A stretch of DNA of 64,000 nucleotides. Source: an uncultured Alphaproteobacteria bacterium (GTDB lineage: Bacteria > Pseudomonadota > Alphaproteobacteria > RF32 > CAG-239). The notes under the pieces are model-generated. The model saw only the letters and a list, made by a program, of their open reading frames with translations. It made no database searches and was not told the origin of the DNA. This document shows, one piece after another, positions 13,349-24,622 of this stretch (the stretch's first letter is position 1; every line of letters starts with the position of its first letter). The translations under genes and the position numbers were made by a program. The DNA is taken from positions 30,347 through 94,346 of the forward strand of contig CASFSV010000041.1 in the NCBI GenBank assembly GCA_949297415.1. The letters run 5' to 3'.

Positions 13349-14338
13349 CTATATATTAGAAATACTTTTTAAATTATGAATTAAAGTTTGCATATCTTCA
13401 GGAAAATCTGTTTGAAAAGATAAAAATTGATTTGTTCGAGGATGAATAAATCCTAGAGAAAAAGCGTGAAGAGCTTGCCGAGGAAAATTATTTACATAAT
13501 TTTTTATATTTTGAGGGAGCTTTACCATCGTTTTTTTGGATTTTTCATAAACATCATCACCAACAAGATTGCAGCCGATAGAAGATAAATGCACCCTAAT
13601 TTGGTGTGTGCGCCCTGTTTCCAAGTTGCATTTTACTAAAGAAGCCGCATCATTTGCATATGTTTCGACAGTTTGATAGTGTGTAACAGCGGTTTTTCCT
13701 CCAGTTTTTACGATAGCCATTTTTTTTCTGTCATAAGGACTTCTTGCAATATTTCCGTAAATTGTTCCAATACGAGGTAATGGTACTCCATAAACAACAG
13801 CATAATAAGTTCTTTCAATAGAGTGATTATAGAATTGTTCTGCTAAGCCACGATGAGTAACATCATTTTTAGCAACAATGAGAATACCGCTAGTATTTCT
13901 ATCGATTCGATGAACAATACCGGGTCTTGCAACACCGCCAATCCCAGATAAAGAATCTCTGCAATGATAGAGCAGAGCATTAACAAGAGTACCAGAATAA
14001 ACGCCAGCTGCAGGATGTACAGTCATTCCGGCAGGTTTATTAACAACAACTAAATCATCATCTTCAAAAAGAATATCTAAAGGAATATTTTCAGGTAAAG
14101 GAGCAGCCGTTTGAGGTTCTGGAATAATAATTTGATAAATATCCCCTAAGCGTGTTTTATAATTTTTATCAACAATTGCTTCATCATCAGCAAAAACGCA
14201 TCCATCTTCAATTAATCGTTGGATTTGAGCTCTGGAGAGTTCGGTAATTTGAGACGCAATGAATTTATCAATACGTAAAGATTTTTGAACTTCATCAACA
14301 GGGGATGTATAAAAAACTTTATTATTTTCGTCGCACAT
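13349..14338 (-). CDS. rluD: 23S rRNA pseudouridine synthase RluD family
   Basis: 329-aa ORF. S4 domain followed by the catalytic HRIDRNTSGILIVAKN motif. Confidence 0.9.
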   Translation of the reverse strand: MCDENNKVFYTSPVDEVQKSLRIDKFIASQITELSRAQIQRLIEDGCVFADDEAIVDKNYKTRLGDIYQIIIPEPQTAAPLPENIPLDILFEDDDLVVVNKPAGMTVHPAAGVYSGTLVNALLYHCRDSLSGIGGVARPGIVHRIDRNTSGILIVAKNDVTHRGLAEQFYNHSIERTYYAVVYGVPLPRIGTIYGNIARSPYDRKKMAIVKTGGKTAVTHYQTVETYANDAASLVKCNLETGRTHQIRVHLSSIGCNLVGDDVYEKSKKTMVKLPQNIKNYVNNFPRQALHAFSLGFIHPRTNQFLSFQTDFPEDMQTLIHNLKSISNI

Positions 14339-14416
14339 AGGAAATCACGTTAAATATATATTCACAAATTTAAATCTAAGATAAACCATAAAGAAAGATA
14401 AAATCAAGGATATAAT

Positions 14417-14722
14417 ATGACAAAACAAAATATACTAAAGAGCATAGTGATTATTTTAAGCATAGGAATTGTTCTGTGTACATATTTAATATTTGTAAAG
14501 ATTCTAACTAAAAAAGTAATAACAGCTAAACAATCTCCACAATCTGAAATAAATTTTAATATGGATGAAAAGGAAAAAGTCAAACAGATTTTGGTAGAAA
14601 ATAAAAAGATTTACATTTTGACGAGCACGCCAAAAAAAGATAGAATAACCGTAATAGATGAAGAACAAACAAAAAAAATATTAACTATCAACCTAAATAA
14701 GGGAGATAATAAAAATGAGTAA
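14417..14722 (+). CDS. small single-pass membrane protein
   Basis: 101-aa ORF with SD AAGGA. TM SIVIILSIGIVLCTYLIFV, then a small beta-rich domain (KIYILTSTPKKDRITVIDEEQTKKILTINL). Resembles small proteins found divergent from rluD in alphaproteobacteria (from memory, unverified). Its stop overlaps the next start. Confidence 0.5.
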   Translation: MTKQNILKSIVIILSIGIVLCTYLIFVKILTKKVITAKQSPQSEINFNMDEKEKVKQILVENKKIYILTSTPKKDRITVIDEEQTKKILTINLNKGDNKNE

Positions 14723-15782
14723 TGATACAGAAACATTAGATAGTTTTCTGACGCAAGATAGCGAAAAAACAGAAAAAAAGGAAGATACAACAACTGTTAA
14801 ACTTGAAGACGAGTTTGCTAAATTACTAAATGATTTTATAAATCAAGACAAAGAAGTTTCATCTCAACAAAAGCCGCAAGAAGAAACTTTAGATAGTTTT
14901 TTGTCTCAACCAGAGAGTGGATTGGAAAGTTTTATTACAACACCAGATAAGCAAGACGGGAAAGATACACCTCCACAAACATCTTCAACAATGACACAAA
15001 CCAATTCTGCAAATACAATCAATAATTTATCAGAACTGGCCAATTTACAAACAATAACCGTCGAAAAAATACAAGAAGGAGCAGAAGAAAAAATTAAATT
15101 AAAAGAAGAAGAAAAAGAATTAGCACGAGCAGTTACAAATTTTAGGGACGGTATAATAGCGTTAGCGGAAAAGAAAAACCTGCAAGTTCCACAAACAGAT
15201 TATACTGAAGAAATGTTATATCCAAATTATAAACCGAGTGTCGGCAAAAAAATTGCCCAACATTTGTTAGAATGTTGGGATGTGATTAACAAATATGATC
15301 CTGAGAATATGAAAAGATTATCCAAAGATGCCGGAGATGAAGAGTATCTTACATTTGCAGAAAGTTTAACAGATACGGATATGCAATTAGCAATAATTTC
15401 GTATGTAGAAATTCTGATAAATTTAGAGATATGTGAAGTAAGCTATGAACAGAAAAAGGAAATAGTTCAAAAGAATAGAATAAAAAGAGAGCTATATGAA
15501 GAATATATGGAGCTACAAGAAAGAAGGGCTCTATTTATAAAAAAATTAAAAGAGAAAAAGTTTCCAATTAATGCGGAAAAACTAATAGGCAATTATTTCA
15601 AGGCCGCACAAAAAGACGCAGATGGAGCATATAAAGCATTAACAAAGAATCCAGCAATGTTTTCACCGATTGAATTTGATAAGATTCGTCCGAAATTTTT
15701 TGGACTAATAAAAGTGACACCTGAGGATGGTATAAAAGCAAATCAAAAAATTGGTGAATTTATAAAAAAATTAAAAGTTTAA
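14715..15782 (+). CDS. acidic hypothetical protein with repeated ETLDSFL(T/S)Q motif
   Basis: 355-aa ORF, start overlaps the upstream stop. N-terminal third acidic and disordered with a repeated motif, C-terminal two thirds helical. No family recognised. Confidence 0.6.
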   Translation: MSNDTETLDSFLTQDSEKTEKKEDTTTVKLEDEFAKLLNDFINQDKEVSSQQKPQEETLDSFLSQPESGLESFITTPDKQDGKDTPPQTSSTMTQTNSANTINNLSELANLQTITVEKIQEGAEEKIKLKEEEKELARAVTNFRDGIIALAEKKNLQVPQTDYTEEMLYPNYKPSVGKKIAQHLLECWDVINKYDPENMKRLSKDAGDEEYLTFAESLTDTDMQLAIISYVEILINLEICEVSYEQKKEIVQKNRIKRELYEEYMELQERRALFIKKLKEKKFPINAEKLIGNYFKAAQKDADGAYKALTKNPAMFSPIEFDKIRPKFFGLIKVTPEDGIKANQKIGEFIKKLKV

Positions 15783-15861
15783 GCAAATTTTTAGGTGTTT
15801 AAAGTAGACAAGAAATTGTTTTTATGTTACCATAAATAAAATTTAAAAAAGGGGAAAAGCA

Positions 15862-17439
15862 ATGGTAACTAATTCTCAAAATGATGATTTAGACGAACAA
15901 TTAAAAAAAGCAATTGAAGAAATAGAGAACAAAACAAAAGAAAACCTCAAAATTGAAGATTCGTTGACAGATCAATCAGAACCAAGCAGTCAAACTGAAA
16001 CGCCACCAGCAGCAGACGGTAATGGTGAACAAACAAATAGGGATGAAAATATACCTCATCCAGAAAACAATGAACAACCGGCTCCAGCTCCACAACCAAA
16101 TCGTCCAGAAAGAATACCGGACGGAGTATCAAGAGCGTACGATGATTTACCAGCAGATGATTTTGATGTAAAAGCTCCTAAAGATAAAAAAGAACAAAAT
16201 GTTATTTCAAAAAGTTCTATAGTTCCTCCTAAAAGAGACAGAGGCGGCACCAAAGGAAAGTCTGGCGGTGATAACATTATGGAAGTCTTTTGGAATGACT
16301 GCATAATGGCCTTTTATGCGTGGGGAATAGATACGGTTGTTGATAATACATTAGACTTTGCTGAATGGGTATTATTTGCGCCATACAAATCCGGAGGAAA
16401 AGTTGAAGAAAAAGAGGAAAAGGCAAAGAAAAATATATATATGATAGGAGATGAATTCTATAAAGAAAGAACCGATAGATTTTCAAAAGAAAAAGGAAAA
16501 TTGATAGAGCTTAATGAAAATTTGGCAAAAGAAAGAGATGGAATAGCCCCAAGTTGGACTTTATGGGAAAGAGAACCAAATTTCTATAAAAAATTATGCC
16601 AAATTCAAGAAAAAGCGCTAGAGGATCCGACATCACCAGAAGCGGAGTTTATGCAAAAATACGGATTAGGCGTTGAGAAAGAAATTATTGAAGGACGTTT
16701 TTCTAAGGAAGAAAAAATATTTACGATAGCAACACGTTTAGCGACAGTAGAAGAAGTTATAAGCGGGGAAAAGAATACAATATCACCAGAATTTTCAAAC
16801 AAGTTAGAAGAATTAGAAATTAAGTTAAAGGAAAAAAATACAAATACAGATCAAGTTAAAGCAATTATCTCAGCATATGTAATAGCCCTGCAAGAAGAGG
16901 TTGGTGGAGAAGATACAGTATGTACAGAGATTAATAAAAAATTAGAAGAAATAAATCAAATAACCAGTAGTGGTACCAAGGCATCAGTAATTGCAAAAAA
17001 TGTTTCTAAAAAGGTAAAAGAAATCAAGAGTATAAGTAAAGATGCAATTGAAAACGAAGAAATAATTAAAGCCCACATACAGAAACGAAGTCAATCATAT
17101 TATAAAAAGATAATGGAGAATATAGATAAAATACATGAAGTCTATGCAGAGAATCCAGAAGAGATTAAAGAAAATATAAAACAATACTTAATGTCCGTAA
17201 ACAATGCCGGCAAAGAGGCAAAAGCAGAAACAGATACAATCATTATGAAAAACATCAATGATAGAAGTAAACATAAAAAAGCAAAAGAAGCTGTTTCTAA
17301 AATAAATAAAACAATAGATGAGTTTATGTTAAATGGCGTAAAAATCTCAGAAAGAGAGGCAGCTACGCAAAAAGATGAGTTTACGTTAACTGAAAAGCAA
17401 TTTTCTAAAGCTATAAGAGAATATAGATTAGGACGTTAA
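15862..17439 (+). CDS. hypothetical protein: Pro/Glu-rich N-terminus, hydrophobic patch, long Lys/Glu coiled coil
   Basis: 525-aa ORF with SD GGGGAA. EQPAPAPQPNRPERIP tract. Hydrophobic MEVFWNDCIMAFYAWGIDTVV...WVLFAPY. The rest is K/E-rich helical. No family recognised. Confidence 0.6.
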   Translation: MVTNSQNDDLDEQLKKAIEEIENKTKENLKIEDSLTDQSEPSSQTETPPAADGNGEQTNRDENIPHPENNEQPAPAPQPNRPERIPDGVSRAYDDLPADDFDVKAPKDKKEQNVISKSSIVPPKRDRGGTKGKSGGDNIMEVFWNDCIMAFYAWGIDTVVDNTLDFAEWVLFAPYKSGGKVEEKEEKAKKNIYMIGDEFYKERTDRFSKEKGKLIELNENLAKERDGIAPSWTLWEREPNFYKKLCQIQEKALEDPTSPEAEFMQKYGLGVEKEIIEGRFSKEEKIFTIATRLATVEEVISGEKNTISPEFSNKLEELEIKLKEKNTNTDQVKAIISAYVIALQEEVGGEDTVCTEINKKLEEINQITSSGTKASVIAKNVSKKVKEIKSISKDAIENEEIIKAHIQKRSQSYYKKIMENIDKIHEVYAENPEEIKENIKQYLMSVNNAGKEAKAETDTIIMKNINDRSKHKKAKEAVSKINKTIDEFMLNGVKISEREAATQKDEFTLTEKQFSKAIREYRLGR

Positions 17440-17449
17440 GGAGAGAAAA

Positions 17450-17941
17450 ATGAAAAAAATAGGTAAAATGATAAGATTTTTATCTAGTAGCATAATTGTT
17501 TTTGTTGTATTAACGTATATAAGTCAGTCTATCTTTAAGTTATTATGGAAATTTGATATTTTGAGTATCAAATCATACCAAATAATGTATGAATATTGGG
17601 AAAAGGGAGGCGTTTTTAATACGTTCCGCGATTGCAGTTTAGGATTTTGTTTAATAGCATTACCGATAATTTGGTTAGTTTTAAGTAATAAGCTATATAA
17701 ATATGGTTTAGGAAAATTTTTGAGCAAACCTTTTATAACATTATACAGAAGATTAACGCGTCCCAAAAATATGGAAATTGAGCATGTTTCAATTAAGAAT
17801 TTGGGAGGAAAAGATAAAACACTAGATGAAATTATAAAAGATAAAATAGAAAAAGAAGGAAAAAATACAGGACGTTCGCATGAAGTTGCAGATTTAAGAA
17901 AGCAGATTGCTGCAAAAATTGAAGAAAATGAAAAACAATAA
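17450..17941 (+). CDS. two-TM membrane protein, paralogous to the N-terminus of the next gene
   Basis: 163-aa ORF with strong SD AAGGAGA. LLWKFDILSIKSYQIMYEYWEKGG...LGFCLIALPIIWLVL aligns to residues 28-100 of the 17994 product. Confidence 0.6.
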   Translation: MKKIGKMIRFLSSSIIVFVVLTYISQSIFKLLWKFDILSIKSYQIMYEYWEKGGVFNTFRDCSLGFCLIALPIIWLVLSNKLYKYGLGKFLSKPFITLYRRLTRPKNMEIEHVSIKNLGGKDKTLDEIIKDKIEKEGKNTGRSHEVADLRKQIAAKIEENEKQ

Positions 17942-17993
17942 TGAGTTGTTAACTAATATCAAAGTAAGATAAGGAATAAAACCGGAGAAAGAC

Positions 17994-19304
17994 TTGAAAC
18001 CACTAATAATAATATTAAAAACATTGCTGGTTGGCTATTTATGGAGTATTGTATTCATAGATGGTATTCGTGTTTTATTGCTGATTAATTGGCATTTTGA
18101 CATTTTATTATCAGAGCATTGGCGTTTATTAAATTATAAATGGAATAGTGGCGCACCGATAAGCAATTCTGAAATAGGATTTTTTATAATAGTTGTAAGT
18201 TCAATTCCTTTATGGCTTGCAGGATGGGTTGGTTTATGTCTTGTCAAATGGGAAAAATTTGTAAAAAAAGTTATATTAAGTCCACTATATGTCTACAGAA
18301 AAATTACACTCAAGACGAAAGCCCCTGTTGTCGTAAAGAAAAAATCTATTACGGAAGAGCCTAAAGTAGTAAAGAAAACCCCAATTATAAAAAAAGCCCC
18401 GACAAAGCGTCCGCCACTTCCTTCCGCTACATTATTGCAGTCCAATATAAATAACAATTTAAGTGCTGTTAATTCACGAGGAATGTCGGGTGGATATACG
18501 CCGGGCAAGAAAGATGCAGCAGAAGTACCGACAAATCATGCTTTATTTAATTTTGATGATGATGATTTTGATTTAGATTTTGATTTTGAGAAAAAAGAGA
18601 AGAAAACAGATATAGAGGATAGTATTCCATCAGCTTTAGTAGTTGATAAGCCGGAAACAATAGAAGCAGAGATAATCAAAGATATAGAGCCTGAGATTAG
18701 CCAAAAACCGCATCAGGACAAAGGACAAAATTCTAACAACAAAAAGGACAATCAATCCAAGAACAAATCTCAAGATATAAATACTCCGACACCTATAAAG
18801 GAATCTCATACACCGGTGTTAGACGTTCTCAATCAAAAAGGATACGATGTAATTCCATCGGCAATAATTAAAAATACAACGATTGATTATGTCGCCGTAT
18901 CCAAAAATCAGCTTATGTTGTGTTTAGTTGATAAAGAAATGGGAGATTGGCTAGCTGATGAAGAAAAATTCAATGATGAGGAGCCATTATGGTTTTCGGA
19001 GAGCAGTCACCGAATTTCTCCGGTAAGAAAAGTTGATATAGCAAGAGATATATTAAAAACGAAACTGGCAGTTGGCGATATGAATTTTGAAATTGTTTCG
19101 TATGTTATTATTCAGTCAGGAAATATCATCAATGCTGAAGATATGTTTGAGATATGGAATAATATGGATATAAACGTGACACGTATCAATAGAGGCAGTC
19201 CTAAAGAGATACGTTTATTTTCCAAATCAATAGATAATTGTGAAGAAAAAACAGATAAAAACACATTAGAAAAACTTAAAAAACTTATACGTAGTTTGGC
19301 TTAA
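17994..19304 (+). CDS. membrane protein: paralogous two-TM module, charged linker, C-terminal NERD / PD-(D/E)xK-like domain (tentative)
   Basis: 436-aa ORF, TTG start with SD GGAGA. INWHFDILLSEHWRLLNYKWNSG...IGFFIIVVSSIPLWLAGW. Linker contains FNFDDDDFDLDFDFE. The C-terminal LDVLNQKGYDV...TIDYVAVSKNQLMLCLVDKE...ISPVRK pattern resembles NERD. Confidence 0.6.
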   Translation: MKPLIIILKTLLVGYLWSIVFIDGIRVLLLINWHFDILLSEHWRLLNYKWNSGAPISNSEIGFFIIVVSSIPLWLAGWVGLCLVKWEKFVKKVILSPLYVYRKITLKTKAPVVVKKKSITEEPKVVKKTPIIKKAPTKRPPLPSATLLQSNINNNLSAVNSRGMSGGYTPGKKDAAEVPTNHALFNFDDDDFDLDFDFEKKEKKTDIEDSIPSALVVDKPETIEAEIIKDIEPEISQKPHQDKGQNSNNKKDNQSKNKSQDINTPTPIKESHTPVLDVLNQKGYDVIPSAIIKNTTIDYVAVSKNQLMLCLVDKEMGDWLADEEKFNDEEPLWFSESSHRISPVRKVDIARDILKTKLAVGDMNFEIVSYVIIQSGNIINAEDMFEIWNNMDINVTRINRGSPKEIRLFSKSIDNCEEKTDKNTLEKLKKLIRSLA

Positions 19305-19325
19305 TTTTGTTTATTAGAGGTATAA

Positions 19326-21545
19326 ATGGCAAAAGAAAGAGGAAAAGAGTGGGAAGAATATGATAATGCAGTACGTTGGATGACAATAACGTTTGCAATT
19401 TCGGTTATTGTAACGGCTGTATTTATGTATTTATCACCTATATTTGCGTTTTTGATGCAAAACGGTATATCTAAAAAGAGTGTCGAAGTTGCAGGAATGT
19501 TCTTAAAGAAATCTTTTAGTGATTTCGGTTTTTTGTGGGATTGGTATATGAAATGGTTTAAAAAGATATACCGCTACAACGGAGAGTTCAAAATAAGTCT
19601 ATGGCCACCGATTTTGCCGTTTTTATCTTTCCCGATAATTTTAATTGTAGGTGGTGTAAAGTGCCCATATAAATTCCAATCAAACATACACGGTTCTGCA
19701 CATATTGCAACGCTACGTGATATTGAGAATATGCCGTTATTGGGATTTGATGGCTTCTGTATGGTTGTTGGAAAATTCCAAGGAAAGATGCTAAAATTAA
19801 AAGAAACTTTATCAACTTTGTGCTGTGCGCCTCCGGGAACAGGTAAAACAGCCGGAGTAGTTATTCCGACAATATTTAATTCAGAAGGATTAAGTATTAT
19901 AGTGAATGACCCGAAACCGGAATTATGTTACCAAACAACAGGAGCCAGAAGTAAAGTTGGACCAGTATTTGTAATTAACTGGGGTAAAGAAGATAATCCA
20001 GAAACAGGAGAGTATTATCCAAGCTGGAATCCACTATCTCCAGGAGCACTGCCGAAACCAGGGCCGGATCGAGATTTGTATGTTGACTCAATGTGCAACA
20101 CGTTGGTAGAAGATCCTAAAGGTGGCGCAGACCCCCACTGGTCAAAAACTGGTCGTAGTGCGTTGTGTGGTTTCATTCACTTTATCTCATCCAAATGCGA
20201 AAGAGCATTGGCAAATGAGCGCTTTATTCAAAAAATATATGAAGGCTCCATGACCGCAGAAGACAAAGCCGAACTAATGCAATATTACGATGACATGAGT
20301 ATCGGTGGCTTGAGAGCAAATGCGGCACGCGCGATACAAGATTTGCAGAATGGTAATCTGACGATAGAAAACTATTTACCGATAGGAACATGGAATCTTT
20401 TACCGGATAAATGGGTAAACCACGAACCGTGTATGGCAATGATTTTGGAGTGGATTACCTCATCACAAATTGAGCAAGCAAACGAAATTAAGCGTCGTTT
20501 AGAGGAAGGTGACCAAATGGCAGCGATGGCTGATCCGATGCGAGATTTACTGGATGCTGCGGTGGAAGAAGCTAATAACTATGGTTATTCGCGCCGTTGC
20601 GTAACCGAATTAAGTGCATTGAGTGCAATGCCAGATAAAGAGCGTGGCTCTGTTATGTCAACAGGTTTAACCGGTATTGGTATTTTTAAGAACTCAGCGG
20701 TTGTCGCCAGAACAAGTTTTTCAGACTTGCAGTTTAAAGACTTACGCGGAATGAAAGACCCTGTAACAGGAGAATGGAAACCAATTTCTGTTTATTTGTC
20801 CGTTAACCAAACAGATGCTCAAGCCTTAAACCCAATTAGTGCAACGTTTGTGGACTTAATTAGCGCATACTTAATTTCAAATCCACCAAATTCGGTACAT
20901 CCGACTGACGGTAAAATGGGACCATTCCCTGCATTATTTGTGCTCGACGAGTTTCCACAAATGCCTAAATTAAAAGCGGTTATTGATGGACCTGCAGTAG
21001 GTCGTGGTCAAAAAGTATCATATTTGCTGATTGGACAAGATTTAGGCCAAATTTCCGGTAAATACGGAAAAGATGACCTTGAAACAGTTATTTCAACAAC
21101 TGCATGTAAAGTTATCTTATCACAAAACAATGAGCAAACAGCGCAACGTTTCTCTAAAATGATTGGTAATAAAACTGTTCAGACCACATCATATAGCCGT
21201 CAAGAAGGAAGTCTTGCCAAAGAGTACAATCCTTTCGCTAAAAATGTAAGTTATCAGTTACAAGGTGTTTCAGCCATTAGTGCCAATGATTTATTGAGTT
21301 TACCGATGCTGAAACAAGTTGTTTTGATGCAAGGTGCGATTGATACTCCAATTATGGCAGATGCACCACGTTTTTATCTGGATAAGAAGATGTTAGCAAT
21401 GTCAAAATTACCGCATTCAGCATGGGTACCAGATTGGATTGTGGCACAAAGAACCGATGAAAACGAAGACATCTTGTCAAAATTAGGCATAGATTATGAT
21501 CCTAACGCAGAAGAAGAGGAAGGATTTGAAGAAGACGAAGCGTAA
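19326..21545 (+). CDS. virD4: type IV secretion coupling protein (VirD4/TraG family)
   Basis: 739-aa ORF. Two N-terminal TM helices, Walker A CCAPPGTGKTAGVVIPT, Walker B ALFVLDEFPQM, block LLIGQDLGQISGKYGKDDLETVISTTACKVILSQNNEQTAQRFSKMIG. Acidic tail DPNAEEEEGFEEDEA. Confidence 0.88.
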   Translation: MAKERGKEWEEYDNAVRWMTITFAISVIVTAVFMYLSPIFAFLMQNGISKKSVEVAGMFLKKSFSDFGFLWDWYMKWFKKIYRYNGEFKISLWPPILPFLSFPIILIVGGVKCPYKFQSNIHGSAHIATLRDIENMPLLGFDGFCMVVGKFQGKMLKLKETLSTLCCAPPGTGKTAGVVIPTIFNSEGLSIIVNDPKPELCYQTTGARSKVGPVFVINWGKEDNPETGEYYPSWNPLSPGALPKPGPDRDLYVDSMCNTLVEDPKGGADPHWSKTGRSALCGFIHFISSKCERALANERFIQKIYEGSMTAEDKAELMQYYDDMSIGGLRANAARAIQDLQNGNLTIENYLPIGTWNLLPDKWVNHEPCMAMILEWITSSQIEQANEIKRRLEEGDQMAAMADPMRDLLDAAVEEANNYGYSRRCVTELSALSAMPDKERGSVMSTGLTGIGIFKNSAVVARTSFSDLQFKDLRGMKDPVTGEWKPISVYLSVNQTDAQALNPISATFVDLISAYLISNPPNSVHPTDGKMGPFPALFVLDEFPQMPKLKAVIDGPAVGRGQKVSYLLIGQDLGQISGKYGKDDLETVISTTACKVILSQNNEQTAQRFSKMIGNKTVQTTSYSRQEGSLAKEYNPFAKNVSYQLQGVSAISANDLLSLPMLKQVVLMQGAIDTPIMADAPRFYLDKKMLAMSKLPHSAWVPDWIVAQRTDENEDILSKLGIDYDPNAEEEEGFEEDEA

Positions 21546-21555
21546 ATCTTCCGCA

Positions 21556-24416
<2,861 letters not shown>

Positions 24417-24419
24417 CTA

Positions 24420-24449
24420 TTGACAGATTACCACAGAACAATATAGAAT
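24420..24449 (+). promoter_or_regulatory. candidate sigma-70 promoter for the leader and GNAT transcript
   Basis: TTGACA at 24420-24425, then 16-18 nt to TATAGA/TAGAAT (24442-24449). No upstream + strand gene, since ligA diverges. Confidence 0.4.
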
Positions 24450-24478
24450 ACCCCCAAAATGTTTAAGAGGAACAAATA

Positions 24479-24550
24479 ATGCTGCACATAATAGCAAAGA
24501 AACAGATGAAGATAAAACGTCAGGAATATAAAATCCCGCCGTTAGATTGA
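24479..24550 (+). CDS. candidate 23-codon leader peptide MLHIIAKKQMKIKRQEYKIPPLD
   Basis: SD AAGAGGA (24465-24471) 7 nt before ATG 24479, stop TGA 24548-24550. The Pro-Pro codons CCGCCG overlap the antiterminator half-site CCCGCC (24535-24540). Confidence 0.3.
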   Translation: MLHIIAKKQMKIKRQEYKIPPLD

Positions 24551-24584
24551 TTCTGTGTTTCAACTTAAACAAAATGGAACAAAT

Positions 24585-24609
24585 GGCGGGGTAAGGCCCC
24601 GCATTTTTT
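24585..24609 (+). terminator. intrinsic terminator / attenuator just upstream of the GNAT gene
   Basis: GCGGGG (24586-24591) pairs with CCCCGC (24597-24602), 5-nt loop, then a T6 run 24604-24609. Lies 13 nt before the GNAT ATG. Confidence 0.5.
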
Positions 24610-24622
24610 ATGGAAAAAGGAA

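Noticed and set aside
18541-18600. GAT/TTT-rich microsatellite-like stretch (ttttgatgatgatgattttgatttagattttgattttgag)
   Set aside because: It is in frame and encodes the acidic-aromatic FNFDDDDFDLDFDFE linker motif. It is not a true tandem repeat array.
19326-21545. Alternative reading of the 739-aa ATPase as an FtsK/SpoIIIE or F-type TraD protein
   Set aside because: The N-terminal two-TM topology, the Walker A context (PPGTGKTAGVVIPT) and the QDLGQ...YGKDD...ILSQNN block match VirD4/TraG-type coupling proteins better. No FtsK gamma domain or 4-TM N-terminus is present.
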